Positions 37,496 to 47,337 of a stretch of 64,000 nucleotides of DNA are shown here, piece after piece. The number at the start of each line of letters is the position of its first letter. Position 1 is the first letter of the stretch. The position numbers and the translations under genes are program-made. This stretch comes from an uncultured Solirubrobacterales bacterium (GTDB lineage Bacteria > Actinomycetota > Thermoleophilia > Solirubrobacterales > 70-9), in assembly GCA_963700105.1 (NCBI GenBank), contig CAVOWL010000004.1, positions 204,050-268,049 on the forward strand, written 5' to 3'. A model generated the notes under the pieces. That model had not been told where the DNA came from. It made no database searches and worked only from the letters and a program-made list of their open reading frames with translations.

Positions 37496-37951
37496 TTAGT
37501 CCTCCGGTCCGAGTATCGCGTCGAGGATCCCACTCGCGTCCTCGATCTCAAATCCACTTCGAAGCCGCGCCTCAATCTCCTCCCGGCTGTTGCCCGAAAC
37601 GGCCATCTGCGTGGCCAGCAACCGAGCTCCCGCCGATCCGCTGCGGGGGCCGCTGCCCGCGGCGGTGGGGGCGTGGCTTCGCTGATCCGGGGGTGAATCC
37701 ACCGAGGTCAGGTGGAGCGTGCGGCCCGCCGGATCCGGAGGGTCAAGCTCATCGGCAGTGGCGCGGAGGCGCTCGGCGATCATGCGGTCGGCATCGGCGC
37801 GGGCTTGGTCAAGGTAGGAGCGCGCTTGCTCCTCGGCGTCATCGATCACACCCGCCGCGGCCCGCTCGGCCGCCTCGATGATCACCGCGATCCGCTCGGC
37901 GGCACTTTTTGCGAGCGGACGGGGCGAGGATGGAAGCTCTTTCGGACTCAC
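37496..37951 (-). CDS. hypothetical protein (Ala/Glu/Arg helical N-terminus, conserved-looking C-terminus)
   Basis: 151-aa ORF. Its GTG start overlaps the argD TGA (GTGA). No family recognised. Confidence 0.6.
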   Translation of the reverse strand: MSPKELPSSPRPLAKSAAERIAVIIEAAERAAAGVIDDAEEQARSYLDQARADADRMIAERLRATADELDPPDPAGRTLHLTSVDSPPDQRSHAPTAAGSGPRSGSAGARLLATQMAVSGNSREEIEARLRSGFEIEDASGILDAILGPED

Positions 37952-39138
37952 GGGTGCCGGTAGCTTAGAAGCGATTCGGAAATCAGGGAGATAGCGCTCT
38001 GTAACTGCGCCTCCTCCAGGGTCAGCGGCGGCAACAGGCGCAGGCTGTTAACCGCCGGCGCATTGACGACGAGACCGCGCCGCAGAAGATCGGCGCCGAG
38101 GGCGCGAGCATCGAGGCCTCGGTCGAGCCCAACGCCGACCATCAGCCCCCGCCCTCGAACCTCGCAAACGCCGTCGAGGGCGAGCAGGCCCTCTTGCAGC
38201 GACTTTCCGAGTTCGCGCACCCTGCGCAGCAGCTCGGGTTGATCGATCAGGTCAAAGACGGCCAGCGCCGCGGCGGCGACGACCGCCCCCCCGGCGAAGG
38301 TCGAGCCGTGATCACCGGCCTCCAACACGCTTCCGGTCATGGTGTCGCCAACGCAGGCCCCGATCGGCATCCCGCCGCCGAGCGCCTTCGCGGTGGTCAG
38401 GATGTCGGGTCGGACCGGGGTCTGCTCGTAGGCCCACAGCGAGCCGGTCCTCCCCATCCCGGTCTGGATCTCATCGAAGATCAGCAGCGCCCCGGTCTGA
38501 TCGCAAGCCCGGCGCGCCGCGAGCAGCGCCTCATCACTTACCGTAAATACTCCAGCCTCACCCTGGATCGGCTCGATCATGATCGCGGCGGTCCGCTCGC
38601 CGATCGCTGCGGCCAGCGCGGCGACGTCGTTTAATGGAACCGAGCGAAAACCGGGCAGCATTGGACCGAGCGCCCTGTTTTTGGCCAAGGCCGGGGTGGC
38701 GGCCAGAGCACCGTAGGTTCGGCCGTGGAAGTCGCCCTCGAAACTGACGATCTCCGGCGCCTCGATCCCCCGCAGGTACGCGTGTTTGCGGGCGATCTTG
38801 ATTGCGCACTCGTTGGCCTCTGCGCCGGAGTTTGAAAAGAACACCCGCCCGCCTAGGCTCGAGTTCGCCAGGCGCTCCGCCAGCCGTGCCATCGGTTCGG
38901 TGTAAAAGAGGTTTGAGACGTGGATCAGCCGTCCAACCTGCTCGCGCACGGCCTCGACCACGGCCGGATGACAGTGACCCACCGAGCAAACCGAGATCCC
39001 GGTGAGGAAGTCCAGGTACTCCTTTCCCTCCGAGTCCCAAAGGGATGCGCCGCTCCCCCGCACGAACTCAACACCAGAGCGCCGGTAGGTGCCCATCAGG
39101 TAGCGGTCCTCCAGCGCTTGGATCTCGGTCAGGTTCAC
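37948..39138 (-). CDS. argD: acetylornithine aminotransferase
   Basis: 396-aa ORF with class-III aminotransferase blocks SGAEANECAIKIAR, LIFDEIQTGMGRTG and TTAKALGGGMPIG. Confidence 0.93.
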   Translation of the reverse strand: MNLTEIQALEDRYLMGTYRRSGVEFVRGSGASLWDSEGKEYLDFLTGISVCSVGHCHPAVVEAVREQVGRLIHVSNLFYTEPMARLAERLANSSLGGRVFFSNSGAEANECAIKIARKHAYLRGIEAPEIVSFEGDFHGRTYGALAATPALAKNRALGPMLPGFRSVPLNDVAALAAAIGERTAAIMIEPIQGEAGVFTVSDEALLAARRACDQTGALLIFDEIQTGMGRTGSLWAYEQTPVRPDILTTAKALGGGMPIGACVGDTMTGSVLEAGDHGSTFAGGAVVAAAALAVFDLIDQPELLRRVRELGKSLQEGLLALDGVCEVRGRGLMVGVGLDRGLDARALGADLLRRGLVVNAPAVNSLRLLPPLTLEEAQLQSAISLISESLLSYRHP

Positions 39139-40007
39139 GGCGTAACCATCGTCCCGATTCCGGCGTCGGTGAAGAGCTCCAACAGAAGGCTGTGCGTCCT
39201 GCGGCCATCGATGATGTGAGCGGACTCAGCGCCGCCGTTGATCGCGCTCAGACAGGCGGCTAGCTTTGGTTTCATTCCGCCCTCGATCTGGGGCAGAGCC
39301 GCTTCAACCTCGGCGACGCTGGCACGGGAGATCAGCGAATCCTCCGCATCGGGGTCGGCAAGCCAACCCTCAACATCGGTGAGAAAAATCGCCTTGTAGG
39401 CGCCGAGTGCAGCGGCGACCTTTCCGGCTGCCTCGTCGGCGTTGACGTTGTAGGACTGACCATCTCGATCGGAGGCTGCGGAGGCGATCACGGGGATGTA
39501 GTCAGCCGCGATGTGGTTTAGCACATCGATATCGACGCGCTCGATCGAGCCAACGAATCCGACCTGTTGGGCATTTGGCACCGGCATCACCTCAAACAGC
39601 GAGCCGTCCTCCCCCGAGAGACCGACCGCGGGCTGTCCGTGGCGGTTGAGTCGCTGCACGATCTCAGAGTTGAGCTTGCCGACCAGGACCATCTTTGCCA
39701 CCTCCACGGTCTCTGCGTCGGAGACTCGCAGGCCCTCGTGAAAGCGCACCTCCATTCCCAGTCGCTGCATATGCTCGGTGATCTCAGGTCCACCGCCGTG
39801 GACCACAACCGGCTTCAGCCCGACGTACTTGAGAAGAACGACGTCGGTGGCGAAGGCCTCGCGCAGGCCCTCCTCTCGCATCGCGGCACCGCCGTACTTG
39901 ATCACCACGGTACGACCGTGGAAGGCGCGGATGTATGGCAGCGCCTCAAGCAGCGTCTCAACGCTGCCAGCGACCCCCGAATTGGTCTCAGCAGCCCGCT
40001 CACTCAT
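39135..40007 (-). CDS. argB: acetylglutamate kinase
   Basis: 290-aa ORF. Blocks are VVIKYGGAAM, VVVHGGGPEI and NVNADEAAGKVAAAL. Confidence 0.93.
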   Translation of the reverse strand: MSERAAETNSGVAGSVETLLEALPYIRAFHGRTVVIKYGGAAMREEGLREAFATDVVLLKYVGLKPVVVHGGGPEITEHMQRLGMEVRFHEGLRVSDAETVEVAKMVLVGKLNSEIVQRLNRHGQPAVGLSGEDGSLFEVMPVPNAQQVGFVGSIERVDIDVLNHIAADYIPVIASAASDRDGQSYNVNADEAAGKVAAALGAYKAIFLTDVEGWLADPDAEDSLISRASVAEVEAALPQIEGGMKPKLAACLSAINGGAESAHIIDGRRTHSLLLELFTDAGIGTMVTP

Positions 40008-40035
40008 CGCCCTGCCTCCTCATTCGCAGCCACGC

Positions 40036-41193
40036 TCATGTGGTGTAGTCGGAATTGATCCGCACGTACTCATAGCCCAAGTCCGAGAAGAAGACGTGGG
40101 CGCTGGCCTCGCCGCGACCGAGCCGCAGCGCGATCTCTGCCTCCGCCACGTCCTCTGCCAGCTCGGCGGCATCGATTGAGGCGGCGCCGATCTCTTCGAG
40201 CTCCTCACCGGCGAGCGCCATCCCCGCCGCCTGGGCGATTCTGCCCCAATTCGGGTCGCGGCCAAACAGCGAGGTCTTGACCAGGGGCGAATTAGCGATC
40301 GCCCGGGCGACGCGCTCGGCCTCGGTATCTGAGGCGGCTTCACTGACCGCGATCCGCCCAACCCTGGTCGCTCCCTCGCCGTCGGCAACGATCTCGATCG
40401 CAAGCTGCAATAAGACCGCGTCCAGAAGTCCATCGGGCAGGGCGCGGCGGGTCGTGCCGCTGGCCTGCAGCAAAACGCTGTCGTTGGTACTCATCTGACC
40501 GTCCACCGTGATTCGCTCAAAGGAGGCATCAACCGCTCTGCGCAAATCAACATCTGGCGCTTCAATCAGCGCGTCGGTCTGGATGAAGCAGAGCATTGTG
40601 GCGAAGCCTGGCTCGATCATCCCGGCGCCCTTGGCCTGCGCCGAGAGGGTCACTCCATGGGCCCGCAAGGCGCAGCGCTTGGGCCAGCGATCGGTGGTGG
40701 TGATTGCCTCTGAAAAGACCGCGCCGCCCCTCTCCGAGAGCCCCTCGGCGGCGCTTGCGATCCCGCCGAGGACCGCCTCGATCGGCAGCGGAACGCCGAT
40801 CGTTCCGGTCTCTGCAACGGCAACTGAGTGCGGCGCAATTGCAAGCCTCGTGGCGGCTGCTTCTTGCATTGAAAGCGCGTCGGCGAACCCCCGCTCGCCC
40901 GTCTCAGCGTTGGCATTTCCCGAGTTGACAACAGCGGCGCGAATAGCCGCGCTCTGGCAGCGTTGCCGACACACCCGAACCGGTGCAGCGGCGGAGGCGT
41001 TGCGGGTAAGGAGGAGCGCCGAGGAAACCTCGGTCTCATCGCAAACGACGATGCCGACGTCGGTGCGGCCTCCCGATTTTAGGCCACAGTGGGCGCCTCC
41101 GGCGCGAAATCCCGGCGCCAGCTGAGCGGGATCGAGCTGCTCGATGTCGGCCGGCGCCGACACCCAGCGCGATTTGAAGAATCCAGAGCTCAC
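40036..41193 (-). CDS. argJ: bifunctional ornithine acetyltransferase/N-acetylglutamate synthase
   Basis: 385-aa ORF with the autoprocessing region ATMLCFIQTDA and DGQMSTNDSV. GTGA overlap with argC. Confidence 0.93.
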   Translation of the reverse strand: MSSGFFKSRWVSAPADIEQLDPAQLAPGFRAGGAHCGLKSGGRTDVGIVVCDETEVSSALLLTRNASAAAPVRVCRQRCQSAAIRAAVVNSGNANAETGERGFADALSMQEAAATRLAIAPHSVAVAETGTIGVPLPIEAVLGGIASAAEGLSERGGAVFSEAITTTDRWPKRCALRAHGVTLSAQAKGAGMIEPGFATMLCFIQTDALIEAPDVDLRRAVDASFERITVDGQMSTNDSVLLQASGTTRRALPDGLLDAVLLQLAIEIVADGEGATRVGRIAVSEAASDTEAERVARAIANSPLVKTSLFGRDPNWGRIAQAAGMALAGEELEEIGAASIDAAELAEDVAEAEIALRLGRGEASAHVFFSDLGYEYVRINSDYTT

Positions 41194-42221
41194 AGCAGGC
41201 CCTCGGTCTCATCGAGACCCACCATTAGATTGAGGTTTTGGACCCCCTGCCCCGATGCACCCTTCCAGAGGTTGTCGATCGCAGCGAAGGCCATCACCCG
41301 GCCACCCTCGGCGACCGTCACATACACGTGGCACTCGTTGGTGTCGCGGACGTCGCGAAGGCCGGGAGGAGCTTCGACCACATGGACGAAGGGCTCCGCG
41401 GCATAGCGCTCGCGGTAAAGCGCCTGGACCTCCTGCTTGGAGAGCACCTCGCTCGTCTTTGCATAGCAGCTTGCTAACTCACCCTGATCAAGTGGCAGCA
41501 GGTGGGGGACAAAGGTCACCGCAACCGGGCTGCCGAGAGCCGCCAGCTCCTGTTCGATCTCGGGCCGGTGACGGTGACCCTCGGTCTTATAGGCAAAGGC
41601 ATTCTCATCGAGTGAGACGTAGTGCATCGCGTCCCCCCCACCCCGCCCCGCCCCCGAGACCCCCTGCTTTGCATCGATCACTACGTCGGTCAGCGTCCCT
41701 CGCTCGGCGAGTGGCGCCAGGGCCAGGACACTTGCGGTTGGGTAGCACCCGGGCGTCGCGACTAGTTCTGCCCCGAGGACCTCGGCGCGATTTAGCTCGG
41801 TCAAACCGTAGGCTGCCTCCCCCAGCAGCTCAGGGGCGCCGTGGGCTCCGTACCAATGCTCATAGGTGGACAGATCGCGGAGGCGGAAATCGGCAGAGAG
41901 GTCGACCACCAAGATCCCTTTTCCGCGCAGGGCCGCCACGGTGGGGGCGGAGGCGCCGTGGGGGTAGGCGACGAGCGCGGCGTCGAATCCGCTGCAATCG
42001 GCGAGGTCTAACTCGGTCAGCTGCAGCGGTACCCGGTAGCGCGGGTAGAGACGATCGAGTCGGGTCCCAACGTCGCTGCGGGAGGTCACCTGGACCAGTT
42101 CGAGGTGAGGGTGTCGCCAGATGATCTGGGCCGCCAGTGCCCCGGTAAACCCGGAGGCGCCGGCCACCAGAATCCGGGCAGCGCGATCGCCGCTGAGCGG
42201 CTGTCCTCCGCGCTCAGCCAC
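41190..42221 (-). CDS. argC: N-acetyl-gamma-glutamyl-phosphate reductase
   Basis: Trimmed to the GTG at 42221, 4 nt after the pheT stop. Blocks are ILVAGASGFTG and ATPGCYPTA (active-site Cys). The longer track ORF would overlap pheT. Confidence 0.9.
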   Translation of the reverse strand: MAERGGQPLSGDRAARILVAGASGFTGALAAQIIWRHPHLELVQVTSRSDVGTRLDRLYPRYRVPLQLTELDLADCSGFDAALVAYPHGASAPTVAALRGKGILVVDLSADFRLRDLSTYEHWYGAHGAPELLGEAAYGLTELNRAEVLGAELVATPGCYPTASVLALAPLAERGTLTDVVIDAKQGVSGAGRGGGDAMHYVSLDENAFAYKTEGHRHRPEIEQELAALGSPVAVTFVPHLLPLDQGELASCYAKTSEVLSKQEVQALYRERYAAEPFVHVVEAPPGLRDVRDTNECHVYVTVAEGGRVMAFAAIDNLWKGASGQGVQNLNLMVGLDETEGLL

Positions 42222-44670
42222 GGATCGAAGCTCCGATCCGGTGCAGCTCGGCGTCGATCGCGGCCCGAAGCGGGGCAACCTCCTGGTCGGTGAGGGTGCG
42301 GTCCTCGGCGCGAAATTCGAGCCGCAGCGCGAGGCTCTTTCGTCCCTCGCCGATCTGCTCTCCCTCCCACAGATCGAACACCTCCGCCGAGCGAAGCAAT
42401 TGGCCACCACCCCGAAGCACCGCACTTTGCACTTCGGCGGCGCTAACCTCGACCCCGACAACAACCGCCAGGTCCTCTCCGAGCGGCGGAAACAGTGGAA
42501 CCTCCGCGTAGACCTCGAGGCCAGCTGGTGAGGCTTTGATCAGCGCCGCGAGTTCGAGTTCGAAGGCAACCGCGGCCTCCAGATTCCACTTATCGCAAAC
42601 CAGCGGGTGAACCTCACCAATCCAGCCGATCCCAACCCCTTCCACCAGCACCCGGGCCGAGCGGCCCGGATGCAAGAACGGCTCCACCGCGGCTTCAAAG
42701 CTGAAACTGAAGCCAAGCTGAGCAGCGAGGCCCTCCAGAATCCCCTTCAGGGCGAAAAAGTCGATAGCGGCGAGCGCGCTGCCCCACGAAGAACCGTGCA
42801 GTGGTCCGAGTGCCAGGCAGCCGAGACGGTGGGGCTCGCTCAGGGGGGTATCGCGCTCTCCGAGAAAGGCACCCTCAAGGCCGTCGCCGCCCGCCTGGTC
42901 GGTGGGCAGGTAGACGCGACCGGACTCAAAGATCGCAACTCGATCGAGGCCCCGCGAGACGTTGCGTGCGGCGTTATCAAGCAACGATCCGAGCAGGCTC
43001 GAGCGCATTACCGAGTGCTCTTCAGAGATCGGATTGGCGAGCACCACGACCTTCGCCCGTGGATCATCGGCTGGAATCCGCAAGCGCGCCGGCTCGCCAG
43101 GGTCGGTGAAACTCCAACCGACAATCTCGTCAAAGCCCAGGTCGCGCAGGTCGTCCTCGGTCCGCCGTCGCAGCCACTGATGGCGCCCCAGGCCGCCGAT
43201 CGCGCCGGAGTTGTCGGGCAGCGTGGTCGGCAGGTTGGCGTCAAGTCCATGGATGCGGGCCACCTCCTCGATTAGATCGACCTCACGACTGACGTCGAAA
43301 TGGCGATCTGGCGGCACCTGCACCCCAAGGCGCTGATCGCCGATCTCAACGCCAAAGCCGAGCCGTCGCAGGTAGGTGGCCTGATCGCGCTGTGCGATCG
43401 CCATTCCGAGCAGGCCCTCCACCCTTTCCTCGCGCAGCTCGATCCGCCGGGCCGGGGGTGGCGCGGTGGCGACGTCGATCGTCTCAGGCACGAGCTTTGC
43501 CCCGCAAAGCTCGGTGATCAAGCGCGAGGCGACCCGCTGCGCCCGCATGCAGAGCTCCGGGTGCAGCTGCTTCTCAAATCGGGATGAAGCCTCCGAGCGA
43601 AGCCCCAGCTGGCGCGAGGTGCGCAGGATGTTTGAACCATTCCAGGTTGCCACCTCGAGCAAGACCCGACTCGTCTGCGCGGAGACCTCAGAGATCTGAC
43701 CACCCATGATGCCCGCGATCGAGGTGGGGCCATCGCGATCGCAGATGAGCACGGTCTCGGAATCGAGCCCGCGCTCGACGCCATCGAGGGTCCTCATCGT
43801 CTCGCCCGAGCTGGCGGCACGGACGCTCAGGGCAGCGCCCCGAACACGGTCCAGATCGAAGGCATGAAGGGGCTGGGCGGTTAAGAGCATCACGTAATTG
43901 GTGATGTCAACGACGTTGTTGATCGATCTCTGCCCGCAGGCCGAGAGCCGGGCCTGCAACCACAGGGGCGAGGGTCTCACCTGCACGTCGGTGAAGACGC
44001 GAGCGGTGAAGCGAGGACACAGCTCGGCGTCCTCCACCGTGACCGAGACGTAATCACCCGCGGCGCCCTCCCCGCTGGCCTCCACCTCGACGCTCCACGG
44101 CTCGGGAGCGAGCTCTGCGGCGGAGATCGCGTGGACCTCGCGAGCGACACCGTAAACGCCGAGGCAATCGACGCGGTTTGGCGTTACCTCAAGCTCGAGA
44201 ACCGGCTCCGCCAGTGGGATCACCTCGCTCAGCGGCGCGCCCGCTGCGAGGCCATCATCGAGCACCGCTATCCCACCGGAGTCATCGCCAATCTGAAGCT
44301 CGCTCGCGGAGAGGATCATCCCCTCTGAGGGCACCCCCCGCAGCTCCGCAACCTCCAGCACCTTGCCGCCCGGCATCCGCGCCCCCGGAAGGGCTAGCGC
44401 AACGGTCTGTTGGGCGGCGACGTTTGGGGCACCGCAGACAATTGTTCGCTCCCCCTCGCCGCTATCAACGGTGCAGACGCGAAGTCGGTCTGCGTCGGGG
44501 TGTGGGCGCACCGAAAGCACCCTGCCGACCACAAAGCCCTGCGGCGATGGTGGCCCGACGGTCGCGATCCGCTCGACCTCGGTCCCCGTCATCGCCAGTC
44601 GCTCGGAGAGCTCCTCGGGGGTGAGGCCGGGGTCGCAATATTCGCGCAGCCAACCGTAGGGGACCCTCAT
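42214..44670 (-). CDS. pheT: phenylalanine--tRNA ligase beta subunit
   Basis: Trimmed to the ATG at 44670 (MRVPYGWLREYCD). It has the tRNA-binding, B3/4, B5 and FDX-ACB domain order. Confidence 0.95.
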   Translation of the reverse strand: MRVPYGWLREYCDPGLTPEELSERLAMTGTEVERIATVGPPSPQGFVVGRVLSVRPHPDADRLRVCTVDSGEGERTIVCGAPNVAAQQTVALALPGARMPGGKVLEVAELRGVPSEGMILSASELQIGDDSGGIAVLDDGLAAGAPLSEVIPLAEPVLELEVTPNRVDCLGVYGVAREVHAISAAELAPEPWSVEVEASGEGAAGDYVSVTVEDAELCPRFTARVFTDVQVRPSPLWLQARLSACGQRSINNVVDITNYVMLLTAQPLHAFDLDRVRGAALSVRAASSGETMRTLDGVERGLDSETVLICDRDGPTSIAGIMGGQISEVSAQTSRVLLEVATWNGSNILRTSRQLGLRSEASSRFEKQLHPELCMRAQRVASRLITELCGAKLVPETIDVATAPPPARRIELREERVEGLLGMAIAQRDQATYLRRLGFGVEIGDQRLGVQVPPDRHFDVSREVDLIEEVARIHGLDANLPTTLPDNSGAIGGLGRHQWLRRRTEDDLRDLGFDEIVGWSFTDPGEPARLRIPADDPRAKVVVLANPISEEHSVMRSSLLGSLLDNAARNVSRGLDRVAIFESGRVYLPTDQAGGDGLEGAFLGERDTPLSEPHRLGCLALGPLHGSSWGSALAAIDFFALKGILEGLAAQLGFSFSFEAAVEPFLHPGRSARVLVEGVGIGWIGEVHPLVCDKWNLEAAVAFELELAALIKASPAGLEVYAEVPLFPPLGEDLAVVVGVEVSAAEVQSAVLRGGGQLLRSAEVFDLWEGEQIGEGRKSLALRLEFRAEDRTLTDQEVAPLRAAIDAELHRIGASIRG

Positions 44671-44730
44671 GGCGCACCACTCGCGCCGGAGTACCGCCAC
44701 CTGGTGGGAATTTGGTAGGAGGTTTTCATT

Positions 44731-45789
44731 TCAGTGAAACTGCTCCAGCATCCGGGCGTCGTTGTCGAAGAAGCGGCGCAGGTCAGGGACACCGTGGCGC
44801 AGCATCGCAATCCGCTCCACACCCATCCCAAAGGCAAAGCCCTGCACCTTCTCGGGGTCATAGCCTTGGGTCTCGACAAAGCCGAGAACGTTGGGGTCGA
44901 CCATCCCCGCTCCGCCAACCTCGATCCAGCCGATCCCCTTGCAGAGGTTGCAGCGCTCGGCGCTGGGGAGTTCTCCACTTCCCTCACAGTGAAAGCAGGA
45001 GACGTCGAACTCGACGCTGGGCTCGGTGAAGGGAAAGTAGTGGGGCCGCATCCGCGCCTCGCGCCGCTTGCCGAAGATCGCCCGCAGCATCTCGCGCAGA
45101 GTTCCCTGCAGATCAGCCAAGGTAATCGCCTCGCCGATCGCCAGCCCCTCCATCTGGTGAAACATTGGGCTGTGGGTGGCGTCTGAGTCGCGGCGGTAGA
45201 CCTTGCCGGGGACGATGATGAAGATCGGTGGGGGTTGAACCTCCATCGCCCTCACCTGGACCGGTGAGGTATGGGTGCGCAGCAGTAACTCAGGCTGTGA
45301 TTGAAGGTAGAAGGTGTCCTGGAGCATCCGGGCCGGGTGGCCGGGAGGATGGTTGAGCGCGGTGAAGTTGTAGTAGTCGTGCTCTATCTCGGGACCCTCG
45401 ATGACGCGATAGCCCAGGCCGATCATCACGTCTTCGATCTGGCGCGTCGTGCGGGTTATCAGATGGAGGTGCCCGGCTGGCGATCGCGGTGACCCGGGCA
45501 GGGTGACGTCGACCCGATCATTGCGGAGGCGGGCGTCAAGCTCGACCGCAGCGAGCATCTCGGCGCGCTGGGCAAGCGCTGCCTCCAACCCCTCCCGGGC
45601 ATGGTTGGCGGCAGCCCCGACGCTGCCCCGCTGCTCGCTCGGCAGCTGGGAGATACTGCGCAGGATCGCCGTGAGCTCGGCTTTGCGACCGAGATAGCTG
45701 ATCCGCAGCTCCTCAAGTCGGGCGCTGCTGGGGGCTGCCGCGATCGCGGCAGCGGCCTCGCTTTGGATCTGCTCGATCCGGTCAACCAT
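44731..45789 (-). CDS. pheS: phenylalanine--tRNA ligase alpha subunit
   Basis: Trimmed to the ATG at 45789 (MVDRIEQIQSEA). Class II blocks are HPARMLQDTFY, FPFTEPSVEFDV and GAGMVDPNVL. Confidence 0.95.
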   Translation of the reverse strand: MVDRIEQIQSEAAAAIAAAPSSARLEELRISYLGRKAELTAILRSISQLPSEQRGSVGAAANHAREGLEAALAQRAEMLAAVELDARLRNDRVDVTLPGSPRSPAGHLHLITRTTRQIEDVMIGLGYRVIEGPEIEHDYYNFTALNHPPGHPARMLQDTFYLQSQPELLLRTHTSPVQVRAMEVQPPPIFIIVPGKVYRRDSDATHSPMFHQMEGLAIGEAITLADLQGTLREMLRAIFGKRREARMRPHYFPFTEPSVEFDVSCFHCEGSGELPSAERCNLCKGIGWIEVGGAGMVDPNVLGFVETQGYDPEKVQGFAFGMGVERIAMLRHGVPDLRRFFDNDARMLEQFH

Positions 45790-46555
45790 CGGCTTCTGCC
45801 TCGACCATCGCGGGCGACGATAACCGCTCCGGGCCTGCCCCTTTTTGAGCCGCCTGCCCCAGCCCGGCGGAGGCGATCCGCTCGCAGGCAATCGCCGCCG
45901 CAGCGGCGACATTAAGCGACTCCGCGGCCCCCGATCGCAGTGCAATTGTGACCCGACACTCGCACTGATCCAACAACTCCGGCGGCAGGCCCTGGCGCTC
46001 GGCTCCCAGACAAACGGTACCCAGAGCGGGCAATCCTCGCAAACGCTCGCCGCCGTGGGCGATCAGCGCCGTCCTTGGCCGCGGCGTTTGCTCCACTCCG
46101 CCGCGGACAAGCTGCTGGCCGAAGATCGATCCCATGCTGGCCCGCACGGCCTTTGGTGAATAGGGGTCAGCACATCCGGGGCCGATGACCACCGTTGCGG
46201 CGATCAGGGCATGAACCGAGCGCACGATCGCGCCAACGTTGCCGGGATCAGCGACCGCGTGGAGGTAGATGCAGGTGGGTGCGGTTGATTCAGACCAGCG
46301 CTGGGGCCATACGGCGACCACCCGGGTTCCCGAGCCCAGACTCGAGACCGAGTCCAGCAGGCTCGGCTCGACCTCCTCGCCGGCCAGATGACTGCCGGCG
46401 GCGCACACCACAATCCGCGGCTTGGCGCCAGCGGCCAGGCCCGCCTCGAGAAGGTCCTCGCCCTCGGTCAGAAAGGCAGCCTCGCGCACGCGATGCCTGC
46501 GATCAGCGAGCTTTCGGATCAATTTCAATTTCTCGTTTTGTGGGCTGGTGATCAT
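45782..46555 (-). CDS. TrmH/SpoU-family RNA 2'-O-methyltransferase
   Basis: Trimmed to the ATG at 46555 (MITSPQNEKLKLIRKL). SpoU motifs are DPGNVGAIVRS, LGAERQGLP and ESLNVAAAAAI. 8-nt overlap with the pheS start. Confidence 0.85.
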   Translation of the reverse strand: MITSPQNEKLKLIRKLADRRHRVREAAFLTEGEDLLEAGLAAGAKPRIVVCAAGSHLAGEEVEPSLLDSVSSLGSGTRVVAVWPQRWSESTAPTCIYLHAVADPGNVGAIVRSVHALIAATVVIGPGCADPYSPKAVRASMGSIFGQQLVRGGVEQTPRPRTALIAHGGERLRGLPALGTVCLGAERQGLPPELLDQCECRVTIALRSGAAESLNVAAAAAIACERIASAGLGQAAQKGAGPERLSSPAMVEAEADG

Positions 46556-46594
46556 TCGGTGACGTTTCTGGTTGATGGCGAGTTCTCCTCGAAC

Positions 46595-46621
46595 AAAAAA
46601 ACGGGCCGTGTGAACGGCCCG
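46595..46621 (-). terminator. intrinsic terminator after rplT
   Basis: On the minus strand there is an 8-bp GC-rich stem (CGGGCCGT / ACGGCCCG) with a tetraloop, followed by a T7 run. It lies 29 nt downstream of the rplT stop. Confidence 0.85.
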
Positions 46622-46649
46622 CCCGGGAGAAATGGAGTCTTGGTTGCGG

Positions 46650-47009
46650 CTAGGCGGCCGCACCCTCCCGGGCTAGCTCGACAAATCGGCGAAATGCATC
46701 GCGGTCGGTTACGGCGATCTCGGCCAGCATCTTTCTATTGACCTCGACCTCGGCCTTGCCGAGGCCGTAGATGAGCTGCGAGTAGCTCATGCCCTCAAGA
46801 CGGGCGGCGGCATTGATGCGCGTTATCCACAACCGCCGGAAATCGCGCTTGCGATTGCGCCGGTCCCGATACGCATACATCCCCGAGCGCTGAACCTGCT
46901 CTTTGGCAAATCGGTATGAGGAGTGCTTGCGGCCGAAATAGCCCCTCGCCTCCTTCAGTACCTTTCGGCGCTTCTTACGGGCATGGACCGACCGCTTGAC
47001 CCGACTCAT
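46650..47009 (-). CDS. rplT: 50S ribosomal protein L20
   Basis: 119-aa ORF: [26 protein letters not shown], then [10 protein letters not shown]. Confidence 0.97.
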   Translation of the reverse strand: MSRVKRSVHARKKRRKVLKEARGYFGRKHSSYRFAKEQVQRSGMYAYRDRRNRKRDFRRLWITRINAAARLEGMSYSQLIYGLGKAEVEVNRKMLAEIAVTDRDAFRRFVELAREGAAA

Positions 47010-47064
47010 TTCGCCAGCTCCGATCCCAGTTCAGACACCTCGAGCGGCCGTGCGGGCACGGCGC

Positions 47065-47265
47065 TCACTTCGAGCCTCCGAGCAGGGCGCGAACCGTCTT
47101 TGCATCAGCCGGGGCGATCTGCACCGGCCGCGCCATCCGTCGCTTTCGCTTCGGCGACTTTTTCTCCAGGATGTGGCTCGAGTAGGCGCGGCGGCCACGG
47201 AGCTTGCCGGTTGCGGTCTTGCGAAACCGCTTCTTGGCGCCGGAATGAGTTTTCATCTTTGGCAT
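47065..47265 (-). CDS. rpmI: 50S ribosomal protein L35
   Basis: Trimmed to the ATG at 47265: MPKMKTHSGAKKRFRKTATGKLRGRRAYSSHIL (66 aa). Confidence 0.95.
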   Translation of the reverse strand: MPKMKTHSGAKKRFRKTATGKLRGRRAYSSHILEKKSPKRKRRMARPVQIAPADAKTVRALLGGSK

Positions 47266-47337
47266 CTGCAGGCGTATTGAATCAGACCGGCGAGCATCCC
47301 CCTCACTAGCGGTCAGACGAAGGTAGGCTGGCCGCCA

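Noticed and set aside
41255-42124. 289-aa plus-strand ORF, extremely Arg/Pro-rich
   Set aside because: It is antisense to argC and its composition is non-protein-like. The same reasoning applies to 15156-16145 (antisense to folD and the membrane gene), 4368-5222, 13109-13876, 51248-52105, 52124-52870, 27297-28052 and the many other overlapping ORFs in the track.
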